A stretch of 53,225 nt of DNA, filler included, from Squatina squatina (lineage: Eukaryota), in the NCBI GenBank assembly GCA_031763465.1. It is 3 parts of 3 records of this genome, joined end to end, with 100 filler letters (N's around TTAATTAATTAA, not from the genome) between each part and the next. Parts side by side here need not be neighbours in the genome. Positions count along the whole stretch, not along the records: positions 17,536 to 33,326 come from JARFOE010000120.1; positions 33,427 to 53,225 come from JARFOE010000057.1; 1 more part is not named here. One strand, 5' to 3'. The position numbers and the translations under genes are program-made. Shown in pieces: positions 21,964 to 33,547 of this stretch (position 1 is the first letter of the stretch; each line of letters begins with the position of its first letter). The notes under the pieces are model-generated. The model worked only from the letters and a program-made list of their open reading frames with translations. It ran no database searches and was not told the DNA's origin.

Positions 21964-23750
21964 NNNNNNNNNNNNNNNNNNNNNNNNNNNNNNNNNNNNN
22001 NNNNNNNNNNNNNNNNNNNNNNNNNNNNNNNNNNNNNNNNNNNNNNNNNNNNNNNNNNNNNNNCCTCACCCCTGGCCTCATTTGCCAGTGCTCTCCTGGC
22101 TCTCTGCTTGTTTCTACAATGTCTTCTGGCTCTCAGGCACCTCATTGGATGTCGGTGGAGTTCCTAATCGGCCAATAGCGCAGCACGCATGGAGAGAACA
22201 GCCGCTTTTGTCACATGTCACAAAATCTCAGAAAAGCCTATAAAAGTCGGAACTTTGTTAAAGGGAGGCAGCAAAGATCAGAGGCAGCTGTTTTGAGCTT
22301 TGGGGATTTCCCAATCTCTTCCAGAGATTTCTATAGTGATTTATAATCCTTGAAGGTGTTCTCAGTAATGAGCTACATTAATTTTCAGAGTGGCATGGTG
22401 AGGCTGCAATGGTCAGAAGGAGCCGTTTTGATTGTCAGGGATGTTCCAATCCACTTTAAATTTTACAGAGAGCCCGTTAGCACTGGAAATCAGGAGCTCA
22501 AGCTTGTCAATGCCAAAAAAACAGGGCGTTGACACCGCTACTTTTAAATGTCAGCAACCTTGGCGAATTCAGCAACGGGCGTCCATTTTGGGCGTTGCGC
22601 CCACTGGTGATGTCCTCCAGACCACCTAACGCCAAAATGAAAATTTCCTGCCTTACCAGGTTTGTGCCCATTTAGCGCCATTTTTTTGGGACCCGAATTT
22701 TCCGACGCTAAAGCTAGCGCCAATAATCAGTGTTAAGCACTTAATGCTGATTTAGCGTTCATTTAGCGCCCAAAAAAAACCCCGAATTGTGTGCCCATAA
22801 TCTTTATGATTCATTCTTTAAAACACAGGGTTCTTTTTGACTCAGATTTATAGTTAAAAATTCTTTAGTGATGCCTCCACGCGTTCAAATGTAAAAAGTC
22901 TCAGACTGTGATATTTATCCAAGATGTATATTAAAAATCCAAAGATTTAAAATTATTTAATCAGGTTTTGGCAATATTGCCTTGCATATGGCAAGTAAAG
23001 AAATGTTTTACTTGCTCATGGGATGTCGGCGTCTCTGGCAAGGCCAGCATCTATTGCCCATTCCTAATTTCCCTTGAGAACTTCTGTGGTGTGGGATTTG
23101 ACAGTGTGATCACTTATTTTTCCATCCTTTTCTGACAAATCAGCTCTGAACATGAACAGGGAAGATACACAATCCAGCATAAACATGTATGAATTCCACT
23201 GCTAAAAGAAATCACTGATGTATTTGGATATGAAAGTGCCTTCATTTAATTGACAGAATTTAATTCAAACGATAAATAAAGGTAGTTCTTTGTTTCACTT
23301 CAAGAGAGTCGAATGGTAATAATGTTTTCTGGTTTGCAATAGGCTTTCATTTTACCCGTAAGTCCATGGAGGCAGATCAAAGGTTCCTGACGTACCATCG
23401 TATCATAGAGGCCTTAAAGTTTGGAAATGGACAGCTGAGTACAATAAACGACCCGAAGGCCCACCCAGATAATGTGAGTGGTCCCAGTTTTATACGCTCT
23501 CCACAAACATCGCCAATTCAAATTATTTATGTACAATCATGGGTTTTCTGGTAGTTTTATTTTTACTTTTTCTGGCCGACGTTCTCCCCTTGGCGAGTGC
23601 CCATTCTTGCTGGAGTACAGCTCCACAGTGGAGGTTAACCCTCCGGTACCTTTGCTCAGGTTGGCATTCGACATGTGTTAGCCAAGACCGCCTATTTCAC
23701 CACGGGAGGCCATCACATTAAACCTGATCAGAACACATGGGAAGACAACA

Positions 23751-23895
23751 CAGGGTACATTCCAGTAATGGCCATCAGGTACCAGGGTACGTTCCAGTAA
23801 TGGCCATCAGGTACCAGGGGATGTACCAGTAATGCCCATTAGGTACCAGGGGACGTTCCAGTAATGGCCATCAGGTACCAGGGGACGTTCCAGTA
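23751..23895. repeat. 32-bp minisatellite, ~4.5 copies to gap
   Basis: CCAGTA recurs at 23762, 23794, 23826, 23858, 23890. Confidence 0.95.
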
Positions 23896-24054
23896 NNNNN
23901 NNNNNNNNNNNNNNNNNNNNNNNNNNNNNNNNNNNNNNNNNNNNNNNNNNNNNNNNNNNNNNNNNNNNNNNNNNNNNNNNNNNNNNNNNNNNNNNCCAGG
24001 CTCCTCCTCCCCCCACCTGCCTGTGCTTGTAGTGAATGCCAGCAAAGAGGGTGC

Positions 24055-24350
24055 AGCATGGAGACCCCAGGGCAGAGACCCCTGGGCAGAGGGCCCAGCA
24101 TAGAGGGGCCAGGGCAGAGGGCCCAGAACAGTGTGTCCACAGTGGAGAGCCCAGGGCAGAGACCAGTGAAGTGCCCAGGGCGGAGGGCTCAGCATGGAGT
24201 GCCTAGGATGGAGGGTCCAGGATGGAGACCCCAGGGCAGAGGGCCCAGCATGGAGTGCCTAGGATGGAGGGTCCAGGATGGAGACCCCAGGGCAGAGGGC
24301 CCAGCATGGAGTGCCCAGGATGGCAGGCCGAGCAAGGAAGGACCAGCGTG
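24055..24350. repeat. G-rich 14-bp repeat with 56-bp higher-order unit
   Basis: AGCATGGAG at 24191, 24247, 24303; each 56-mer is four 14-bp variants. Confidence 0.85.
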
Positions 24351-24749
24351 GTGTAAATGCATATTATACGTGGTTTATGGAGCACTTCTGGTGAAGATAC
24401 AGCAGCAGAGCAGGACACCAAGAACAGCCAGAGTGCGCTCTTGAGCCATGTGATCAGACCCATTTTAATAAGTGAATTGGGGACCTGTGACACAGAGGAG
24501 CCTGATCACCATTCTAGGGCAGTTCTGGGCGTAACATGCCCCCCACTCCTGACCTTCCTCCCCCTAACCCAAAGGCCGGCTAGACTGCCCCAGAGCCTCC
24601 ATAGCCCGCCAGCCCTGTACTCCTGAGGCCCGAAACCCACCTGCAGGCAAATCCCAGGACAGTTTGGGAAGTGTGTCTATAAATGAAGTAGCATCATGGT
24701 CCAGCTTGGAATTACATAGAGGGGCAGGATCTGTCCCTAATGTCAGGGT

Positions 24750-25028
24750 TATATGTGTGAGAGTGAGGGTTTGTATGTGACGGTGAGGGTATGTATTTGT
24801 GTGTGTGAGGGTGTGTGTGTGTAGTGAGAATGTGCCTGTGTGTGAGGGTGAGGGTATGTATTAGTCTGTGTGTGTGTGTAGTGAGAGTGTGCCTGTGTGT
24901 GAGTGTTTGTGTGAGGGTGAGGGTTTGTGTGTGACGGTGAGGGTATGTATGAGTCGGTGTGTGTGTGAGAGTGTGTGTGAGTGAGTGAGAGTGAATGCGT
25001 GTGTGAGAGTGAGGGTGTGTATGAGGGT
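24750..25028. repeat. Degenerate (GT/GA)n low-complexity tract
   Basis: gtgtgtgagagtgagggt... variants. Confidence 0.9.
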
Positions 25029-26040
25029 NNNNNNNNNNAGTTGCAACAGGATATCTATTTATTTACAATTCATGAATTTACAAACTTACAAGTTATTTTG
25101 AAAATTAATTAGTTTGATGTTAAGAAGGAGGTGCAGGATGATCGGGGCCTGTGTGATGAGGCTTCATTCTGATGGCGACAGCATCTGTTCCTTAGGCAGC
25201 TGTTCGACCAAGTGAGCTACAAGCGCTGTACTCTCTATGAAATACACTGTGTTGGAGGCAGCTAACGCCCATTTCAACACGGAATTATTTTATTGTTACC
25301 GTTTATTTCTTCTTTAGTAAGTTTCTATAGAAAGTCACAAGGATATGAACCCTAACGCTAAATAAGTCCAGAAAATAAATACTTACCTTCTGTGATTTAA
25401 CTGTCTGATGAGCAATAAATTATCCAAGATCTCTGGACTCACACTGGATTAATCGCAATGTCTCCCACTGTGCTCTCGATGCATTTGAACATTACCTAGG
25501 TGCAACTCAAGACTTTAGCACAGAGATATTGTAATGATCGAGATTTATTAGAGATGCGTGGAGAATTTGTTCTATTGGCAGTGTATTTGTTAACTTTTAA
25601 CTTCAAGAGGTTGAAGGTTGCATCAAAAGTGCAATGGTATACTCTTTAACCCTGTAAGACTGTCACATCCTAAGGAAATGCTGTCTCTATGTGCTGGCTG
25701 CTTTTTACCTCACTCACTGTGACCAAAAAAACCAAACACTAATAAACTTGTTCAACTCCCTCTCCCTTAACCATGTATTTAACCACCCCAGAATTCCTTC
25801 TCTCCACCTCTCTCTCCTCCTTTAAAATCCTCATTAAACGCACGCCGTTGACCAACCTTTCAGACTCCCCTCCTAATGTCTCCTCTAATGTCTCCTCCTC
25901 ATGGCTCCTCCTAATGTCTCCTCCTCATGTCTCCTCTAATNNNNNNNNNNNNNNNNNNNNNNNNNNNNNNNNNNNNNNNNNNNNNNNNNNNNNNNNNNNN
26001 NNNNNNNNNNNNNNNNNNNNNNNNNNNNNNNNNNNNNNNN

Positions 26041-26142
26041 CCCCACACAGTCTGGTACCTTCCCTCTTCCCTCCTTCCCCACACAGTCTGGTACCTTCCC
26101 TCTTCCCTCCTTCCCCACACAGTCTGGGAACCTTCCCTCCTT
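26041..26142. repeat. 36-bp tandem repeat, ~3 visible copies after gap
   Basis: CCCCACACAGTCTGGTACCTTCCCTCTTCCCTCCTT at 26041, 26077, 26113. Confidence 0.9.
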
Positions 26143-26147
26143 CACAT

Positions 26148-26480
26148 ATTCCACATGAAAGGCTACTGCACAAGCTCTGAGATATAACTTGGAGGTGGGT
26201 ATTGAATAGCCTGGGAAAGAACGCAGCAGGTACTCGATAGCGGGGTGATGTTCGGCTGTACGGAGTGGGAATCCCAGGGATCATTGCCGGGGCTGCTACT
26301 GTTTCTGATCCACACAAGCACATGGTCAAACTCACAGGGAATATTAAACAGTGGAGGCAATAGAGTCTGATACAGCAGAACTGGACAATGTTTGCAAGTG
26401 GGCACAACTGTGGCAACTGAAATTCCACACTGAGAAATGCTCGGTCTTGCAGATTGGAGGAAATATGGCGAACATAATGA
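26148..26480 (+). mobile_element. Old CR1 reverse transcriptase relic
   Basis: PHERLLHKL, QGSLPGLLLFLI and ELDNVCKWAQLWQLKFHTEKCSVLQIG resemble CR1 RT blocks in the expected order. Confidence 0.7.
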
Positions 26481-27253
26481 ATGTTGAACTGTCTACAGAA
26501 GTGGCAGAAAGACTAATGAGAGTGATGGCAGACTGCACCAACCATGTGTCGTCATTGCAAATCACACGCAATGCTGAGCTACGTTGTCAAGTCAGTGGAG
26601 TATAGGTCTGAGGCTGCCAGGTTGAGGCTGTATGGTGTTGTGCTCAGGCTGCATCTACAGTGTTGGGTTCCGTTTTAGTCATCCAGGCACCAGAGAAATA
26701 TTTGCATCTTAGAGATGGTGCTGGGTAGCACCAGGAGACTGATCCTTGGAGTCCGAGGCATGGAGTTACGGGGGAAGCGGATAAAACCTTGGATTCTTCA
26801 ACCTTAATAGGAGGTGAAGGAGAGGAGTTCTTCGAGAGGGATGTTAGATACAGGGGGTTAGCCACCAGCATAACCCCTGCCCAATCTTCCCATCCATTGA
26901 CTTCAAGAGGAAGCAGGATCGAGGAGGGTGTATAACAGACGGCTAATTCGATGTCAGCCGTTCTATTGCCCAAAGTTAAAATAACCCTCACTAGGTGGAA
27001 CAGAACAGGTTAATCCTGAGTGCTATTCCAGGTTGAACCACAACTGCAGGACAGAAGGACCAAGTTCAGGTCTGATGATCTCTCTTTTTCTTGGGCACAT
27101 CAGGTTATGTTAGAATTGAGCCACCAGAACAGACATCAGTATAAATGCCTCGTGTACTGATCATTATGAAAAGGGCATAGTTCATTGTAGATGAGGTGGA
27201 CTGCACGTGGGACAGGTTTGGTTCAAGGTTCAACCAATGTTTGTTTGTTTTAG

Positions 27254-27366
27254 GAGTTGGAGCCGCTGAGATCCTCCGAAAAGCTTTGCCGACAGCTCAT
27301 CTATCACCTGACCCCACACTCCAAGTGGCACAGGCAGACCATGCCCAGGCGCAAGTCACAAGGGTG
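27254..27366 (+). CDS. LRRC75B: LRRC75B penultimate exon (ELEPLRSSEKLCRQLIYHLTPHSKWHRQTMPRRKSQG); not in the ORF track in this frame
   Basis: tttgtttttAG / GTAAGT; 113 nt, phase 0-2; CRQLIYHLTPHSK is the LRRC75 motif; splices in frame to 28306. Confidence 0.9.
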
Positions 27367-28305
27367 GTAAGTACCAGCGGACACTGAAAGAGACACTCGT
27401 GGTCAAGACATTGCTGTTTATTCCCTCTCCTCCTCAGAGATTGCGCTCTTCACCTGCCCAGCCAACTGCAAGGGTTTCTCAGATTGTTCAGCAGGGTCAA
27501 ATTAAGGAAGCCAATTTCAATGAGGCAGAATATTACTGCCCCTGAGAGGCAAGAGATGAATATCGTCCAATATGGGAAAGTTGGATTTGTTTAACATAGG
27601 AAAGAGGACTCTTCAGGGTGAACTGATCGAAGTGCCAAGGATTACGAGAGCAGTTGACAAAACTGACTCAATTAAATCATTCGTTTGGTGAAGGGTTCAA
27701 ACCCCGTNNNNNNNNNNNNNNNNNNNNNNNNNNNNNNNNNNNNNNNNNNNNNNNNNNNNNNNNNNNNNNNNNNNNNNNNNNNNNNNNNNNNNNNNNNNNN
27801 NNNNNNNGATCAACATGGGGGATCAAATCTAAATTTGGCTGAATAAGGCTCTCATGTGAATGCAATTGACTGACTGCGGAAGTCAGACAGAGACCAGCCC
27901 AGGAATCGGGGGTGTACTGTATGCCTGCACAATTCCTCGGCTCTGCCTGTAAATAAATACCCCTAGTTCCTGGCCATCTAGTAAGAATGGAGTTGGTCTG
28001 TGCCTGATTCCTCAAGCACATATCTGATTTCCAGAGTGTAGCTGGTGCCTAGGTACGAATCCCTCACTTGTCATCAGACTCCCCAACGTGGCCTAATATA
28101 CGATATTTTGAATGCAGTAAAACACAACTGGCTCTGAATTGGGACCCATTGCTCTCCCAGTCCAAGGATCATATTATAGATAGAGAATGGGCTGTAATCC
28201 CTTCATAAGCCTGTGCAGGCCAAGTTTACAGCAGGCTGCAGGAAATGACAAGTCACTAACCAGGAACGATGATTGAAATAACCTATTATCTCTCTTCCTT
28301 TCCAG

Positions 28306-28808
28306 CTTAAAAGCTACATTGCAGAAGAAGCTCGCTAATGACTCCCTGGATCTATCGGGAATGTCACTCTCTCCCAGGGACATTCACCGTGTAGCGTATT
28401 ACTTACAGCTTAACGGAGACCACCTGACCTCCATCGACCTGAGCTTCACTGAGCTGGCAGATGACGGCCTGCGCCTTCTGTTGCCCTTCCTGGCAGTCCT
28501 TCCGAAACTCACCAACCTGGCGCTGAATGGCAACCGTCTGACCAGGCTCATTCTCAAGGACATGACGGAGATGATGAAGGAGCCCAACAAGTATCCAGCG
28601 CTGTCCTGGATCGACCTCGGAAACAATGCGGACATCTGCTCCATGCCCCAGCCCCTGCTGGTGGGGCTGCGCCGGCGGTGTAGCCTGCAGGGCGCACTGC
28701 CCACCATCCAGGAACACAGCGAGGGGCAGCCCAGTGACCAGGAGGGGGAGCAGGGGGAGTTCAGCCAATCCCGAGGGTGGGAGCAAGAGGTCGGCCACTC
28801 CCGAGAGG
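28306..28808 (+). CDS. LRRC75B: LRRC75B last coding exon (LRR region), stop hidden in gap
   Basis: ttcctttccAG; LKATLQK..DLSG..DLSFT..LALNGNRLTR..WIDLGNN..QPLLVGLRRR; these residues fit the B paralog better than A. Confidence 0.88.
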
Positions 28809-29352
28809 NNNNNNNNNNNNNNNNNNNNNNNNNNNNNNNNNNNNNNNNNNNNNNNNNNNNNNNNNNNNNNNNNNNNNNNNNNNNNNNNNNNNNNNNNNNN
28901 NNNNNNNNACCACACTTCAAAAGTAGTTAATTGACTGTGAAGCACATTGATACCAGGGTTGTGATTGACCAACAGGCAGCCCACGGGCCAGAGTCCGGCC
29001 CGCCAAAGGCTCCTATCCAGCCCACCACAGGTCCCTTGAGTGCACTCCGCCAAACTGAAGAAGCTCTGCTCAACGTCCCAGATCACAGGTTTTGAATTCC
29101 CTTTATTTTCTCCCGCCTCTGTGCTCAATTGGAGTCCAAGGAAAACTCGCTTCCCCTCACTGATTGCGGCTCTGAACCAACACCGACTTCGTAAAAAGAA
29201 AGCACCGCACGGCATCCTGTAGCTCAGGGACCCAGCGCGCAAGCACAGGGTTAGATGATTGACAGGCTCCAGGGAGTGTGTCCTGAGCACATGCGGTGCG
29301 GATTGCCAGAGGGGGAGGGTCACGTGAGGCTGAGCAGGGATTGAATCACAGA

Positions 29353-30438
29353 TTTTCCAGTTTAGCGCTCGATGAAAGCACAGATATGAGTGATACAGCT
29401 CAACAGGCAATCTTTGTACGAGGAGTCACCAAAACGTTCAAAGTCGTTGAGGAACTGCTCAACCTTTGTTCAATGAAAAGTACAACAACGGAACAAGACA
29501 TTTTCGATGAAGTAAAATGTGTCTTGGTGAAATTCAATCTTCCAGAGAACAAACGTTGTGGTCGAATAACTGATGGAGCCCCTGCGATGACAGACAGGCA
29601 CAATGGATTCATTAGTCTAATGCTCAAATCAGTGCCTCATGAAGTCATCAGACATCATTCGCTTAGAACAGCTGTGTGCAAAGACTCTGGAGATGAAACA
29701 TGTGATGGAAAAGGTTGTTCATACCGTCAATTTCATAAGGTCCAAATGGTTTAATCACAGGCTGTTCAAAGCCTTTCTTACAGAGGTAGGATCAGACCAT
29801 GATGATGTCGTTTACTTCAGCCATGTTCGTTGGCTGAGCAGGGCGGTCACACTAGCCAGATTCTGGTCACTAGTTGAAGAAATAAAAATCTTCATGACAA
29901 ATAAAGGGAAAGATGTAAGCTTCATGGATGATGATGAATGGTTGAATGGCTTGGCATTCCTAGTTGTCTTGCAGACTTGAATGTAAAACTACAAGGAATG
30001 GATCAATTTGTAAGCAAACTGTATGAGCATGTCCAAACATTTATTCAGAAGTTAGTACTAATTCAGAAACAGTAGAAGAAAGTAGTCCATTTCACAACAC
30101 TATCAACAAGGCATAGTGAGACAGTGAACCATGAAAAGTATTCTGCACTGATCGGCAGCCTGAGAGATAATTTCCAAGAAAGAGTTTCAGATTTCAGGGA
30201 AAACTGTGATGAACTGAAGCTGTTTGCAGATACATTTGGAACTGATGCCACTGATGCTTAGGACGTGTTCCAACTGGGACTAATTGAGATCCACAATGAC
30301 AGTGACATGAAGAGAGCTTTCGGAGAGCATGCCCTTCTGACATTTTATTGTCAATATGTTCCCTTGGAGTCTTATCCTAATCTATCAAAACTGCCCTTTG
30401 ATTCATTGCCCTACTTGGCAGCACATATGGCTGCAAAC
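29353..30438 (+). mobile_element. Decayed hAT transposase (Charlie/Buster/SPIN, GTF2IRD2-like)
   Basis: SLALDESTD..DTAQ.AIFVRG, TDGAPAM, VNFIRS, VRWLSR, WL..LAFL motifs; frameshifts and stops. Confidence 0.92.
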
Positions 30439-30633
30439 NNNNNNNNNNNNNNNNNNNNNNNNNNNNNNNNNNNNNNNNNNNNNNNNNNNNNNNNNNNNNN
30501 NNNNNNNNNNNNNNNNNNNNNNNNNNNNNNNNNNNNNNCTATAAAAATGCAAGTTGTTTCTTTTCTATTTATTCTCCACTACCTCAGTGCCTTTTTGACA
30601 CGTTAATGACAATTAAATCTTTGTATTTGACAG

Positions 30634-30709
30634 TGGCCCAATGATGAAGTTGGTTTATAAACTCCAGGCTGAAGATTATAAGTATGAATTCCCCATCTCG
30701 TATCTTCCT
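30634..30709 (+). CDS. SMPD4: SMPD4 76-nt exon ([25 protein letters not shown]); absent from the ORF track
   Basis: tttgacAG / GTAAGT; peptide matches the SMPD4 (neutral sphingomyelinase 3) N-terminal region. Confidence 0.9.
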
Positions 30710-31019
30710 GTAAGTATGGAGAACTACACAGAATGTGCTGATTTGTACTGTGTTCAGTGGCAGATTGCTAAAACTAGTTAAGTGTCATGCTGAATTATGA
30801 CTTTTAAATGATTTTGTAGTAACCATAAGGGGGAAGAGGATCTATTTTCCAGAATAACAATGTGCAGTCGGTGGCGTACTGAGCTATGAAGACCAGTCGG
30901 TCCCAAGTTCGAGCGACAGTCTGCTGAGGCACCTGATCTTTGAAGGAAACTCTGTGCTAGGCAGGGGAAAAGCAGCTCGGCTCCTGATCGCTAATTCCTC
31001 TTGGAAAGTATGCTCATAT

Positions 31020-31215
31020 GGGCACCACAAGAAGGCATCCTTCATCACCATCAGATCAAAATCCAAGAGCTCCCTACCGAAAGCCATCATGGGAGCCCTG
31101 TCACCACAAGGACTGCAGTGGTTCAGGAAGAAGGCTCACCACCAGCTTAAGAGCAACTGGGCTGGCAATAAATGTCGGCCTTGCCAGCAACGCTCACATC
31201 CTGAGTGAATTTTTT
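31020..31215 (+). mobile_element. CR1-related 3' tail (also reversed at ~23012-23080 and 47905-48003)
   Basis: 'ggactgcagtggttcaggaagaaggctcaccaccagctt...ggcaataaatg.cggccttgccagcaacgc.cacatcc'. Confidence 0.7.
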
Positions 31216-31349
31216 TTTATGGATTGGACTAGACAGTGCTACCTGCCACAGTTGAATAGCCTATAACAATCAATGTCTAGGCTCACGGGAGGATAGGCAA
31301 CCAGGCCCCAGCACGTGGACACTTTCAGAAGGGGAGATATTTACATACT

Positions 31350-31975
31350 TGAACATAGGAAAATGATCAGGAAAAGACCAGCTAATCCATCAAGCCTGCC
31401 CCACACCACGATGACAGGACCATCATGGCTAAACACGTCTTCCCTCCTCAGCCTCGCAGCCATGTAATCTCCTAGTAGAGGCAAAAAAAATTCTGGGCCA
31501 ATAAGAGAAAAAAAATATTCAAATTCCCCTCCAACCCCTCAGGTGATCAAAACCAGTCCAGGAGATCACACGGGCCAAGTGTGATCTATGAAGACACGAC
31601 CTTCTATATGAAGCAGTCTCTGCCTCAGTCAAGAGCCGGTCCAGCTCCCTCTTGAAGGCAGAGTCAGCATCCACCACACCAGCTGGCAATGTATTGCAGA
31701 GGCTCACTACTCTCTGGAGAAAGAAGAACCACCCATCATCCTGTCTATTCCTACACTTTCCTAGATTAAATTTATGTCCCCTGGTCATTCCCAATCTGTT
31801 AAACTGGAATAATCAATCAATAGGCATGTTATCTATCCCTTCAACTATTTTATGGTCATCTGTCAGCTGAATTCTAATTCTACAGCTGCTCTAAAGTAAA
31901 TGGACCAAGGTCCTTAGGCCTATCGAAATAGCCAAGGGTCTTTAAGCTGGGAATCATTCTTGCAGCTCTCCTATC
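31350..31975 (-). mobile_element. CR1 LINE 3' portion
   Basis: TRGHKFNL...FFLQRVVSLCNTLPAGVVDADS.AFKRELD CR1 ORF2 C-terminus. Confidence 0.8.
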
Positions 31976-32444
31976 GAAAGAATCACACTTGACCAGTGCA
32001 CCGTAGCACTGTCATTATACTGTATCTGTACGTATGCTCATAACGTAACATTTCAAACTGCCATCACACATGACAAACGAGTACTTCATGCCTAGTGTTA
32101 TCCAGATCAGAATGNNNNNNNNNNNNNNNNNNNNNNNNNNNNNNNNNNNNNNNNNNNNNNNNNNNNNNNNNNNNNNNNNNNNNNNNNNNNNNNNNNNNNN
32201 NNNNNNNNNNNNNNTGGTAGAGTGGTGCTAATGTAATCGTAGATCACAAGAATGATGTTTGTTCGGTTTTGCTGCCTTTACCTTTTTGGGGAAGGGTGAG
32301 GAACACGTGTTTCATAGAACTATTGTTCAGGAGATTATAAGCTGGGTAGAGCCTGTGATAGAATGTTTCTCACAGGCTGCACGGGTACTCGGCTGCTGTG
32401 TTGCGTTCCCTGCAGCTCTCAATAGTGCTTAACTCCTGTTACAT

Positions 32445-32596
32445 AATTGACCACCAGGGCAGCTCTTCAGCTCCTCGGACAGTGCCTATTTCGTGGTGGT
32501 GGACAGGTACCTGAAATATTTCCTTCCGATAGAGGGGAACGTGCCACCGTCGCCGTTCTTGAATGTGTGTGGCGCTGTCTCTCCACCAACACCAAG
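32445..32596 (+). CDS. SMPD4: SMPD4 exon (..[35 protein letters not shown]...PPTPR) with damaged 5' end
   Basis: SDxAYFxxVDRYLxxFLPxEGxVPP is an SMPD4 motif; donor AG|GTATGT at 32597; expected acceptor reads AT (32443-32444) and TGA at 32448-32450. Confidence 0.8.
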
Positions 32597-33127
32597 GTAT
32601 GTTTGCTCAAGTCTCTCTAACCTCCTGTATTGCATTGGGTGTTCTGGGACTGCTGGCCCATTGATTTGTTGTCTCGATAAAGCGGGGCTGTGCTTTGTCA
32701 CAGGGTCACTCTACATGGTGCAAAGTGTTTATGTTGCTTGCAGCATACCTGTTTTAAAACTGCTAATTGCAAAAATAATCCTAACCACTTTTTCTTTATT
32801 CAGTTTCTGCCTGTCACTGTGTGTAGGTTCATTTCGGTACACTGGGAGCTATATACCTGCTGAGTGATGCAATCGAGGAGTACTTGGTTGGAGTGGTTGC
32901 TGAGAAGTTATCTGGATTAATATCAGAAAAGATACAGCCTGTCAGTGTGCTGGGGGAAGGGTTTGTTGAGTGACAACGTGAGGGAGCTGGATTAACATTT
33001 GTAAACATAGTAACACGAGAGGAGGGGTTACAGAGTGAGTGAGGGAGCTGGAATAACATCAGTAGGGATGGTCAATATTGCAGGGTGTTGGGGGAGGGGG
33101 TTACTTTCCATGTTTATTTTCCATATG

Positions 33128-33326
33128 GGGACTCGGTAGTGTAGTGGTTAAGTTGCGGGACTAGTAATCCAGAGGCTTGGTCTATTGATCCAGAGACCTG
33201 AGTTCAAATCCCACCACAGGAGCTGTTGAATTTAAATTCAGTTAATTAAAAAATAATCTGGAATAAAAAAGCTTGTATCAGTAATGGTGACCATGAAACT
33301 ACTGGATTGTTTTAAAAACCTGTCTG
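33128..33326 (+). mobile_element. tRNA-derived SINE 5' part
   Basis: A-box-like TAGTGTAGTGG and B-box-like GAGTTCAAATCCC. Confidence 0.7.
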
Positions 33327-33426
33327 NNNNNNNNNNNNNNNNNNNNNNNNNNNNNNNNNNNNNNNNNNNNTTAATTAATTAANNNNNNNNNNNNNNNNNN
33401 NNNNNNNNNNNNNNNNNNNNNNNNNN
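33327..33426. other. Artificial scaffold-joining spacer 44N-TTAATTAATTAA-44N
   Basis: Same structure as 17436-17535. Confidence 0.95.
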
Positions 33427-33547
33427 TGCAGGGCTAGGGGTAAAGGGCGGGGGAGTGGGACTAACTAAGGTGCTCTTGCAGAGAGCTGGTACAGGCTCAA
33501 TGGGCCGAATGGCCTCCTTCTGTGCTGTAACCATTCTATGATTCTAT
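33427..33547 (+). mobile_element. CR1/HE1-type 3' tail
   Basis: atgggccgaatggcctccttctgtgctgtaaccattctatgattcta. Confidence 0.85.

Noticed and set aside
28403-29410. 335-aa minus-strand ORF
   Set aside because: Antisense shadow of the GC-rich LRRC75B exon, read through an N gap; no recognisable domain
32487-32650. VVVDRY as an integrase motif and [14 protein letters not shown] as a Penelope GIY-YIG fragment
   Set aside because: The first is explained better by SMPD4; the second lies past the donor and similarity is too weak
33128-33220. tRNA gene
   Set aside because: A/B-box-like motifs continue into a SINE body; no complete cloverleaf
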